From Minisyncoccota bacterium (GTDB lineage: Bacteria; Patescibacteriota; Minisyncoccia; Phycocordibacterales; JABAAK01): DNA of 64,000 nt. The notes under the pieces were generated by a model. That model was not told the origin of the DNA, made no database searches, and was given only the letters and a program-made list of their open reading frames with translations. The stretch lies in assembly GCA_965222235.1 (NCBI GenBank), contig OZ244939.1:7924-71923 (forward strand), given 5' to 3'. Positions 1 through 8,358 of this stretch are shown piece after piece. How positions within the stretch are numbered: position 1 is the stretch's first letter; each line of letters starts with the position of its first letter. The translations under genes were made by a program, and so were the position numbers.

Positions 1-778
1 GTTCGCCGTTTACGGTTACATAATTATATGATCCGTTGGCACGCAGGGCGCAAGAAAATGGATGTATGCCGATGTTTCCACCTTTATTCTCATGCAGAAT
101 AACCGGGCGAGAAATAATTTTTTTCTTTTGCTCCTTAAGCTTCCGTTTAATTTTTGAGCGAAAGTAATCACTCAAAAAATGTTTCTGCTCAACACTTTCT
201 TCCGTTTCCAAAATATCGGAAAGTGTCTTTATTTTTAACCCTTTCATAGGAAAAGTAAATGGATAGTTTTCCTTAAAACCAACTATAATAATCCGTTCTC
301 TTTTCTGCGGAACACCAAAATTAAGACCATTGAGTATTTTATAATGGACAAAATATCCTAAATCTTCCAAATGTTCTAAAATAATCTGAAATGTTCTTCC
401 TTTATCGTGAGTTGTCAACTGTTTTACATTCTCTAATAAAAATGCTTTTGGCTGCTTCTCTTTTAATATCCGTTCCAAATCAAAAAACAATGTTCCCCGT
501 GTATCAGCAAAACCCATTTTACTCCCAATGATGCTGAACGCTTGACAGGGGAACCCGCCAGTCAAAATATCGTGGTCCGGCACATCCTTGGCAGATAACT
601 TTGTTATATCACCGAACGGTTTTTCGCCGAAGTTTGCCTCATACATTTCCTGACATCGTTCATCCCACTCAGACGAAAAAATACACCTGCCGCCCGCCCG
701 TTCAAAGGCAATTCGTACACCACCAATGCCGGCGAATAAATCTATAAATTTAAAATTTCTTTCTTTTTTTTCTGTCAT
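1..778 (-). CDS. dcm: DNA (cytosine-5)-methyltransferase, 3' end outside the window
   Basis: Translated by hand (absent from the ORF track): MTEKKERNFKFIDLFAGIGG (motif I), GGFPCQAFS (catalytic PC), LENV (motif VI) and PQKRER (motif VIII). An AGAGG Shine-Dalgarno lies upstream. Confidence 0.93.
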   Translation of the reverse strand, partial: MTEKKERNFKFIDLFAGIGGVRIAFERAGGRCIFSSEWDERCQEMYEANFGEKPFGDITKLSAKDVPDHDILTGGFPCQAFSIIGSKMGFADTRGTLFFDLERILKEKQPKAFLLENVKQLTTHDKGRTFQIILEHLEDLGYFVHYKILNGLNFGVPQKRERIIIVGFKENYPFTFPMKGLKIKTLSDILETEESVEQKHFLSDYFRSKIKRKLKEQKKKIISRPVILHENKGGNIGIHPFSCALRANGSYNYVTVNGE

Positions 779-849
779 AAATTTAACCTCTATATATTGC
801 AATTATAACAGAGGAAAAGTGCATTTAGAACATGCACGCCCATATGGTA

Positions 850-1254
850 TTATTTTTGAAACCAGCGGGAAAAGATAGACCATAGACGGTGGGAAACAGG
901 TCGCACATTTATTTGTTTTTTCTCAGAATAGGGTTTCGCTTTTCGCAGCGCATCTTTTTCTCTGTTTTCCTCAATCTGTTCCTTTGTCCACCTTGGCACA
1001 AACCTAATTGTGTTATTCTCTATCCAATAATGTGATTGGCAAGGAAAGCTCCAATTTCCTATTGAAGGAAATAATGATATTGTTTCTCCATTAAATACTA
1101 ACTGCCAATCTGTTGGTGAAAACGGTGTAATCACTTTATTTCCGCATCCACAACAACATTTATGAATCGCAGTTCTGTAGTCACAGGATATATACAATGT
1201 ATTGTCATCAACGGCAATCGGAATGTTTTTTATAAACTTATATTTCAGTTTCAT
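850..1254 (-). CDS. DUF6527-like Cys/His-rich protein, third gene of the ubiquitin-like operon
   Basis: Motifs HKCCCGCG..VITP, LFPSIGNW and PCQSHYWI; overlaps the E1 gene by 17 bp. Confidence 0.8.
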   Translation of the reverse strand: MKLKYKFIKNIPIAVDDNTLYISCDYRTAIHKCCCGCGNKVITPFSPTDWQLVFNGETISLFPSIGNWSFPCQSHYWIENNTIRFVPRWTKEQIEENREKDALRKAKPYSEKKQINVRPVSHRLWSIFSRWFQK

Positions 1255-2422
1255 TTTTTATCTTGTTTACTATCTTATTCATACTTATATCATATAACGA
1301 TTCGTATTCGTCTATTTGATTACAATAAAATCCGCACATCTTCTTCCACTTTACGACGGCAAGTGCTGCATTAAGTGCATTTATCTCGGCAATCTGAATC
1401 CCTCCATTATACTCATCATCCCTCGCTTCCTCAAAAGAGATATTTTCAAAATAGTGATTGCTCTTGTCCGCTATTGCTGTAGTCCTTACAATTCCTTTGA
1501 GTGACATATCAATTTTATCTATGCCCATCCCCACATCAATACATGGAATTGAAATTTCTTTTAATTTTTGAATGACTTGCTTTTTTGTGCTACCAATGTC
1601 AATACAGAGAAATATAAAATCCATTTTTAACACATCCTCCATCGTTTCACCCGTTACACTTCTCTGATGCGGAACAACACCTCTTCTCATTTTTGAGTAT
1701 TCTTTGTGAAGATGTTCAACCTTTGTTATTTTTTCACCATCAAGTACCCCAAATGCGCTACTACCTGGCATACGAAAAGCGTTATGTTGTAACAATTCGT
1801 CATCATCAAAAAGATGAATCTCTTTCACATGTGTTTTAGATACAAAATCCAATACATACGATCCCGTTCCGCCCAGTCCAACAATACCAATTTTCATATC
1901 CTTTAATTTTTCAGATATCAATACTATTTCTGACCGACTGGAATTTGTATCGGTATAGAAAAAAACAGGATCATCTTCACCCCCTTTGATTGATCTATAA
2001 GTTTTTGCAGTAACAGACGAATCCATCGCTTGTGCTTGATGCTCAATAATTTGCACATATGCCGTTATTTTTTCATAGTAATCTGAATATCCATTTGGTG
2101 GTTTGCTTGAGAAGATGTGATTGACTGTTAGCTCACTTGTCAGCATATTTTCTCCACTTGAATGTCTTATGCTTTCAATGGGGGAACCATTGGCATTGCA
2201 GGGATATTCGCCACAAAAATGAACCGTATGATCTTCAGGTTTCGTCGTTATATCTCCCGACAATTCAAGAGAAGATATCAACATACCTTGTGCAATTTCT
2301 TTCCTCTCATTTACATATGGAATATCAGATACACACAGAAACCCTTCTCTTATCTCAATGTTGTACCCATTATCTCGCAGCTTTTTTAAATCAGGGCTAT
2401 GACTTATCAGTTTTTGTGACAT
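1238..2422 (-). CDS. E2-like (DUF6791-type) N-terminal domain fused to a ThiF/E1 adenylyltransferase
   Basis: The C-terminal ThiF domain has GIVGLGGTGS, LFDDD...HNAFR, FLCID and DVGMG. The N-terminal domain has DHTVHFCGEYPC and FSSKP..GYSDYYEK. Confidence 0.85.
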   Translation of the reverse strand: MSQKLISHSPDLKKLRDNGYNIEIREGFLCVSDIPYVNERKEIAQGMLISSLELSGDITTKPEDHTVHFCGEYPCNANGSPIESIRHSSGENMLTSELTVNHIFSSKPPNGYSDYYEKITAYVQIIEHQAQAMDSSVTAKTYRSIKGGEDDPVFFYTDTNSSRSEIVLISEKLKDMKIGIVGLGGTGSYVLDFVSKTHVKEIHLFDDDELLQHNAFRMPGSSAFGVLDGEKITKVEHLHKEYSKMRRGVVPHQRSVTGETMEDVLKMDFIFLCIDIGSTKKQVIQKLKEISIPCIDVGMGIDKIDMSLKGIVRTTAIADKSNHYFENISFEEARDDEYNGGIQIAEINALNAALAVVKWKKMCGFYCNQIDEYESLYDISMNKIVNKIKNETEI

Positions 2423-2894
2423 TAAAAATCATTCTATTTTGAACCTTCACAGTTTTTCCTTTTATGAGCGACATTCCTTCCGATGATGAATCGTTATAAT
2501 AGACGATAGTGTAAGAAATATCAGGGTTATCATCAATATAAAGAGCACTAACAGATAGATTGATGACCTCTTCATAAGAAATCATTTCTTTGTTCCAATC
2601 TTTTTCCTGTGTATCTACGATTATCGTATAACTATGCTTACCATCATCGGGTTCTATGACAAATGTATCACCCTCTTTAACATCCACCAAATCACCCAAC
2701 GAACCGATACCAGCATTTTTGCTGTATATCACTTTCTTATCGCCACTGTCTGTAATTCTCAAAAGTTTAAAATTTTCAAGGTGTCCCTCTGGTTTTTCAC
2801 CTGCTATGAGAATGTGTTGTACAGAAACAACACTCTTGCCATCTTGCCTAACTTCACGCGGAACTCCGTCAATAATTATCTTTATTGTATCCAT
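2397..2894 (-). CDS. Multiubiquitin-domain protein (probably two beta-grasp Ubl domains)
   Basis: The second domain reads YTIIVD...ISYEEVINL...YTIVY...GKTVKVQNRMIFNVTKTDKS, typical of Multi_ubiq proteins. It overlaps the E1 gene by 26 bp. Confidence 0.78.
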   Translation of the reverse strand: MDTIKIIIDGVPREVRQDGKSVVSVQHILIAGEKPEGHLENFKLLRITDSGDKKVIYSKNAGIGSLGDLVDVKEGDTFVIEPDDGKHSYTIIVDTQEKDWNKEMISYEEVINLSVSALYIDDNPDISYTIVYYNDSSSEGMSLIKGKTVKVQNRMIFNVTKTDKS

Positions 2895-2939
2895 ATCTTT
2901 ATTTTAACACGCACAACAAAAATGTGCAAATGTATTGAA

Positions 2940-4086
2940 CCTAAGTTCAAACAAATAATAGAACACCTGTCATATACCAAGTAATACTGGAGACATATGA
3001 CAAAAGCAAAGAAAAAGAGACGGGAACCGTTCACCCGTCTGAATATTCATGAACGGAGTAGTATTGAAGTGAGATACTGTGCTGACAAGAGATCCCTGCG
3101 GGAGATAGCGAAAGAGTTGGGCAGGTCACCGGGAACCATACATCGGGAAATAGGGGGAAAACCGAGAAAAGGAGTCGGACGGTACTGCGCGCTGAGGGCA
3201 CAGCGGGAAGCAGAGAAAAGGATACACACCCGGGGGAGGAAAGGAGTGCTGACCGACAGAGCACTCCTTGGGTATGTGCGGGAGAAGATGGAGGAAGGAT
3301 GGTCTCCCGAGCAGGTGAGTATTCGTCTTCCCCGGGAGTTTCCGGAGGACACAACCATGCGGGTATCTCATGAGACGATATATACCTTCATATATGCGCA
3401 GATTCACCAAAGCGGACACGGTATCGTGAAACCGGGGTATCTAGACTTACGGTCTCTTCTGCCGAGAAGAAGGAAGAGACGCATACGGCAAGGAGTGAGA
3501 AACACACAGAAAACAGAACGAAGAGCGGCCTTGCCCTCCATAGAGGAGAGACCGGGGATAGAGGGGGTAATCGGTCATTGGGAAGGTGACACCATGCTCT
3601 CAAGGAAAAGCAGCGTTAGGGTAAAGAGTATGAATGAAAAGATGACCGGTCTGGCATTCTTTGAGAAAACAAAAGACGGTACCGCTGAGTCCTGTGACGC
3701 GGCAATCATCAGACGAATGCGCGCTGTCCCTCCGAGATACCGCAAGACCCTCACCCAGGACAGAGGGGCGGAGAATAGGGGGTACCGCACCGTTGAAAAA
3801 GAACTCAGTCTCTCCTGCTACTTCGCCCATCCGTACTGCTCTCATGAAAGAGGATCAAACGAGAACACCAACGGATTGTTCCGTCGGTGTTTCCCGAAGG
3901 GGACTGACTTTGACAAAAGCAATGACCGTGACATTGCCAAGGTTGAGTACCTATTGAATACCCGTCCCAGGAAACGCCTTACTGGTCTGACCCCTTACGA
4001 GGTATTCTACCGCATGACCGGTGTCAATCTCCAGAGGATGGCATATTACAAACTGACAGGTGTTCAATTAGAAGTTTGAATGTAGG
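2940..4086 (+). mobile_element. IS30-family insertion sequence
   Basis: 33-bp imperfect terminal inverted repeats at 2940-2972 and 4054-4086 (27/33 matches by manual alignment) flank the transposase. No target-site duplication is evident. Confidence 0.88.
2997..4079 (+). CDS. IS30-family transposase
   Basis: HTH SLREIAKELGRSPGTIHREI, then WSPEQ and SHETIY, then DDE motifs GHWEGDT, TQDRGAE and ERGSNENTNGLFR. Confidence 0.93.
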   Translation: MTKAKKKRREPFTRLNIHERSSIEVRYCADKRSLREIAKELGRSPGTIHREIGGKPRKGVGRYCALRAQREAEKRIHTRGRKGVLTDRALLGYVREKMEEGWSPEQVSIRLPREFPEDTTMRVSHETIYTFIYAQIHQSGHGIVKPGYLDLRSLLPRRRKRRIRQGVRNTQKTERRAALPSIEERPGIEGVIGHWEGDTMLSRKSSVRVKSMNEKMTGLAFFEKTKDGTAESCDAAIIRRMRAVPPRYRKTLTQDRGAENRGYRTVEKELSLSCYFAHPYCSHERGSNENTNGLFRRCFPKGTDFDKSNDRDIAKVEYLLNTRPRKRLTGLTPYEVFYRMTGVNLQRMAYYKLTGVQLEV

Positions 4087-4431
4087 CTCTCGCCGGAGGT
4101 GTATAGCAAAGGAGGTGGAGTAAGATTCTATACTAGTGAACCACGCCCGGGAAATTGCGCCTCGGGCTGGACAAGTGGGAGACTGTATAAAAATGTCCGA
4201 ATTGAAAACGCAGCCATGATTGATGAAGTTGTCATTCTTGTTGACGGAAAAGAAAATCGCTATCACCTCGAGAAAGAAGAGAGAAGAAACCGGTATGAGA
4301 ATGATGATGATAGTGGATATGTTTATGGAGAACCTTATCTTTTCTATCCTGCTCTCCGGGAGATAGAAGTGGTGAATATAGAACTGCATCATGATGGTCG
4401 TTTCCCCTTTAACCCACACGGTTTACGATGA
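4087..4431 (+). pseudogene. Probable 3' remnant of an unknown gene truncated by IS30
   Basis: The reading frame is open back to the IS right end (4086) with no convincing start site; product unknown. Confidence 0.35.
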
Positions 4432-4519
4432 GGATGTGGGGATATCCGCTCTTTCAAGTTATACACATCTTTTTTGATTTTAGTTGTTGAAAAAAATAAT
4501 ATGATATTATTTTACTTGT

Positions 4520-5185
4520 ATGCACAATAAAATAACACCGTTAACAAATAAGTTTCAGATTGTGGTGGCACTCGTTATTATTTCTTCACTATTTATTACT
4601 TCTTTCCACATCCCTACCTACGCGCAAGGATCAGGAAATGACGATTTGCTTGATCCGGGTCAATCCGGCTCCACAACCGACGATGACTCAGCTGATACCA
4701 ATGAAACCCCGAGCGGTCTATGGATGGATGATGACGGGATACTGTGGATTGGCACAGAGCAGGCGCCGTGGATTGATGACGAGGGTGTCAGAGAACAATA
4801 CATTCCCATCACCGCTGATGATGCCGATCAAATTGCTGAAGAAAAAGCACAGCAGGAAGAAGAAGATCAGGAAAGGAGAGAGGCAGAAAAGGCAGAAAGG
4901 AAAAAGCGGGATCAACGGGAAATTGATCAAGAAAATGACGGTGGAAACAAGAAACCTCCCTACGCCTTGGGTCAAATCCTTATCCAATATGACGATTCGT
5001 TGTTCCAAGCGCGGACCAACGAGCTCGCAAGCAGTACTGTTGTGGTTCCCGGAGGATTGCTTGATAATACTGAGTCCGCACCCGCACCGGTCGGTGTTGC
5101 CAATGAATTTCTGACAGCAAACGGCGTGGAAGCTCCAATAGTGGAGGAGCGCATAGAATCATTGAGTGTGGAATTGGTGGACTGA
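4520..5185 (+). pseudogene. Secreted protein, probably the N-terminal fragment (prodomain) of an S8 subtilase
   Basis: Signal peptide, acidic/coiled linker, then PPYALGQILIQY resembling subtilase prodomains. It stops abruptly 7 bp before the MTase start, with no catalytic domain. Confidence 0.4.
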
Positions 5186-5192
5186 GTAAAAT

Positions 5193-5936
5193 TTGCACAA
5201 AAAAGAGTTTTTAAATGCTATTATTTGTGGTGATGTGCTGGAGATTATGAAGCAAATGCCAGACGAATCAATTGATTTGGTGGTTACGTCACCACCATAT
5301 AATATTAAAAATTCTACAGGTAACGGATTGAAAAACGGGAATGGTGGAAAATGGGCGAATGCTGAATTGCAAAATGGCTATTCACATTATGACGATTGTA
5401 TGCCACATGATGCATATGTGGCGTGGCAGCGAGATTGTTTGAAAGAGATGATGCGCCTTATCCCTGAACACGGTGCAATTTTTTACAACCACAAATGGAG
5501 AGTGCAGAAAGGATTGTTGCAGGATCGACAAGATATTGTTGAAGGATTTCCGGTGCGTCAGGTAATTATTTGGAAGAGAAAGGGCGGTTTTAATTTTAAC
5601 CCTGGATATTTTTTACCCACGTATGAAGTTATTTATTTAATTGCTAGGCCAGCATTTAAATTGCGACCAAAAGCAAATGCTTGTGGTGATGTGTGGGAAT
5701 TCACACAGGAGATGAGTAATCCTCATCCTGCTGCATTTCCGATTGATTTGATAGACCGCATCATTTCTTCAACTGATGCAGGAATTGTTTTGGATCCATT
5801 CATGGGTTCGGGTACTGTCGCGGTGTCAGCTGCTAATTTGAAACGAAAATATGTTGGCATTGATATTTCTCCTGAATATTGTATGTTGGCTGAACAAAGA
5901 GTGCAGCAGTGTCAATCTCAACCAAAACTAATGTAA
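5193..5936 (+). CDS. Beta-class amino DNA methyltransferase (probably N4-cytosine)
   Basis: VVTSPPYN (motif IV) precedes HPAAFP and VLDPFMGSGT (motif I); TTG start. Confidence 0.9.
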   Translation: MHKKEFLNAIICGDVLEIMKQMPDESIDLVVTSPPYNIKNSTGNGLKNGNGGKWANAELQNGYSHYDDCMPHDAYVAWQRDCLKEMMRLIPEHGAIFYNHKWRVQKGLLQDRQDIVEGFPVRQVIIWKRKGGFNFNPGYFLPTYEVIYLIARPAFKLRPKANACGDVWEFTQEMSNPHPAAFPIDLIDRIISSTDAGIVLDPFMGSGTVAVSAANLKRKYVGIDISPEYCMLAEQRVQQCQSQPKLM

Positions 5937-5940
5937 TATA

Positions 5941-6084
5941 ATGGCTGCAAAGAAATCAAAAATATACACCAAGGAAGAGTTAGTGCAAAAATTAAAAGAA
6001 ATTTCGGCCATGGGATGGGTTCCTAATACACGACATGGTAATGACGGTGGTATCGGTAACACCCTTGAAGACTTGCTCGGTTAG
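5941..6084 (+). pseudogene. Truncated MvaI/BcnI-family restriction endonuclease (47 aa)
   Basis: Manual translation MAAKKSKIYTKEELVQKLKEISAMGWVPNTRHGNDGGIGNTLEDLLG*. GxGNTLEDLLG is the N-terminal hallmark of this family. It starts 4 bp after the MTase. Confidence 0.75.
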
Positions 6085-6087
6085 GTA

Positions 6088-6654
6088 CTATGCCCGCTTG
6101 GTGCGACGTCGCCATAGTATGACCACACCGCAACACACCAGTATCAGTGTCATAAGCTTGACTACGCTGTACCTGTACAACGGTTGTTCAGTAGCAGTTG
6201 GTGTAGTGGTCGGTAGAGTTGGGGTGGCATAATTGTTAAGATGTGCCGCTATATCACCTTCCCAACCGGTGGATGGGTGCATGCATATACCGGTCCTTAA
6301 TGTACCGTTATCCTCACGGGCAAACACGACATACTCCTGATTTTCTTCAAAGTGTGCTCCGCATGCGGTACCTTCTGATGGTGTCTCCACAGTAAGCTGA
6401 TTTTTTACCGATCCCTTCCATACCTGAGAAACATCAAACAAAACAGTGATATCACCATACAGTATCTGTTTCTTCGTACCTACGACCCGTCCCATAAAAA
6501 TGGTATCAGTCGTTTCAAAGCTCTCCTGTAAAGATTGCGAACTGCATGAGCAGGCATGTGCAGTCGGCGTTGTATACATAAAAAGAATGAGTGGTATACA
6601 GATACATAGAAAAATAAAAAGTGCTGCCGGCATGTTGATGATTTGTGTAATCAT
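6088..6654 (-). CDS. TIMP-like (NTR/OB-fold) membrane-anchored surface protein
   Basis: Signal peptide ending AHA|CSC, then IFMGRV, VWKG, ACG.HF..NQEYVVFA and C, a Thr/Pro linker, a C-terminal TM helix and a basic tail. Confidence 0.65.
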   Translation of the reverse strand: MITQIINMPAALFIFLCICIPLILFMYTTPTAHACSCSSQSLQESFETTDTIFMGRVVGTKKQILYGDITVLFDVSQVWKGSVKNQLTVETPSEGTACGAHFEENQEYVVFAREDNGTLRTGICMHPSTGWEGDIAAHLNNYATPTLPTTTPTATEQPLYRYSVVKLMTLILVCCGVVILWRRRTKRA

Positions 6655-6716
6655 ATTTTTAGTAATGTATCAGATTTCATTATCATTAGTATATATCAAG
6701 GAAAATATAGCCTTTG

Positions 6717-6989
6717 CTACCTGAAAAGCCCCAGCAGCCTCGTCTTGTACAGGGATTCCAACAAATCGGATCCCGCGTAGCCGGCGAGTAACGACATTCT
6801 CCAATCTCCTTCGGCAAAAACGGAGGCAATGGCCCCGGAAACGGCGGCGACCAGCAGTGACAGAAGCAGTTTTCCGGGGTGCAGGGGTTCTCCCGCCGCC
6901 CGCTTGGAGATACCCACCAACCCCCGCACCATACCCCCGGCAATACCGGGCAGCAGCATCAATGCTACGGACATGAAATCAACGGGCAT
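6717..6989 (-). CDS. Small multi-pass membrane protein (hypothetical)
   Basis: Three hydrophobic segments and a GYAGSDLLE motif; TACACT -10 box 8 nt upstream of the start. Confidence 0.6.
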   Translation of the reverse strand: MPVDFMSVALMLLPGIAGGMVRGLVGISKRAAGEPLHPGKLLLSLLVAAVSGAIASVFAEGDWRMSLLAGYAGSDLLESLYKTRLLGLFR

Positions 6990-7052
6990 ATGTAAACAGT
7001 GTAGTGTATATTTTCGGCATGAACCCGTTCTTGATATATACTAATCATATAT

Positions 7053-8249
7053 ATGAAACAGGCAGGTTCTTTGTGGTGGATATCGGCGGGGGTGCTTCTG
7101 CTGTGCGTGCTGCCCGTCTCAGCCCAGATACGCATCACAGAAATCATGTACAACGCCGAAGGATCAGATGACGGCAGGGAATATGTGGAGATTATCAACA
7201 CCGGTCCCGCTGATGTGGCGGTGGATGACCTGTCTTTTGCCGAGCGGGGACGAAGACACGGCATCCTCTCGTCATCGGTCTCCGTTCTCGCCCCGGGAGA
7301 CATCGCCGTCATTGTCGCGGATCCTCCCGCCTTTGCCAGGGCATATCCCCCGGACGTGATTGTTCTCCACGGCGGTCTCTTCGTCCTCAACAACCGTGCC
7401 TCAACGGTCACCGTCGGCACCGACGGTACCGTACACACCGTTTCATACCGCTCAGGAAACGGCGGAGACGGAGACGGCTCTTCACTGCACATTGAGGACA
7501 ATGATGAGATATATGCCGCTGCACCGTCTCCCGGAGAGGTGCGGGATATATCAGTTGTTGCGGCCTCAGTTGAGACACCGTCGGAAGTTGAGACGCCGTC
7601 GGAATCGGCACCGGAGACAGCAGCCGTGCTTACCATCAATCCGGATCCGGTGTTTCGTGCTTCGGAGACAACCTTCTCCGTACGCATGGACGGTGTACCG
7701 ATCAACGGCTCCTGGAACTTCGGCGACGGCACCGCCATAACCGGGACCGAGGTCTCCCACACCTATCGCTATCCCGGCACCTATATCCTCACCGTTACCG
7801 ACAACAAAGCTGTCAGCATACAGATTGAGGTGCCGGTGCTCACACCGCAGCTGCAGGCGGTGCGAAAGGACACCGCGGCGGTGCAGGTCACCAACAACCA
7901 TGACTTCACCCTCAATGTCTCCGGCTGGCAATTGCTTGCCGGCACCAGAATCTACACCTTTCCTCCCCGTTCCTTCATCCTGCCCGGGAAAACCGTTACC
8001 GTGCCGTTCTCGGTGCCTCCTGATGCCTCCCTCATCGGTGTGACGGCGGGCGGGGGTGTGTTTTCAGGCTCCGAGGATCTGCCGTCTCCTGCCGCTTCGC
8101 GCGGGAACAGCACAACGGTAATCTTCCTCTGGCTCGGGGTCATTGCGGCGCTCCTCCTCCTCACGCTCCTATATGTATTTGTCGGTGCAACGAAGAAAGA
8201 GCGGGGGACAGAGAAAAAGAGGCGCTCCGCGAAGAAAAAGCGGGCGTAA
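7053..8249 (+). CDS. Lamin-tail domain plus PKD domain surface protein
   Basis: ITEIMYNAEGSD..REYVEIIN (LTD), WNFGDG...SHTYRYPGTY (PKD), a second LTD-like segment (NVSGWQL), signal peptide and C-terminal TM helix. Confidence 0.82.
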   Translation: MKQAGSLWWISAGVLLLCVLPVSAQIRITEIMYNAEGSDDGREYVEIINTGPADVAVDDLSFAERGRRHGILSSSVSVLAPGDIAVIVADPPAFARAYPPDVIVLHGGLFVLNNRASTVTVGTDGTVHTVSYRSGNGGDGDGSSLHIEDNDEIYAAAPSPGEVRDISVVAASVETPSEVETPSESAPETAAVLTINPDPVFRASETTFSVRMDGVPINGSWNFGDGTAITGTEVSHTYRYPGTYILTVTDNKAVSIQIEVPVLTPQLQAVRKDTAAVQVTNNHDFTLNVSGWQLLAGTRIYTFPPRSFILPGKTVTVPFSVPPDASLIGVTAGGGVFSGSEDLPSPAASRGNSTTVIFLWLGVIAALLLLTLLYVFVGATKKERGTEKKRRSAKKKRA

Positions 8250-8358
8250 TGGGGTCCGTCTCATTGTGGATAATCGGGGGTAGCGTTGTTGTGAGTGGTA
8301 TATACTGCATGGTAATGATGGTAATGGGAGGTATGTGTTATTTAGTTTAGTATTTTAA

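Noticed and set aside
4520-5936. TGA read-through (genetic code 25) joining the truncated gene to downstream sequence
   Set aside because: TGA ends clearly complete genes elsewhere (secA, obgE, htpX), and the downstream MTase is in another frame.
8264-8272. Replication origin, from a perfect DnaA box (TGTGGATAA)
   Set aside because: Single box only, with no cluster and no dnaA/dnaN nearby; isolated TTTTCCACA words elsewhere are also insufficient.
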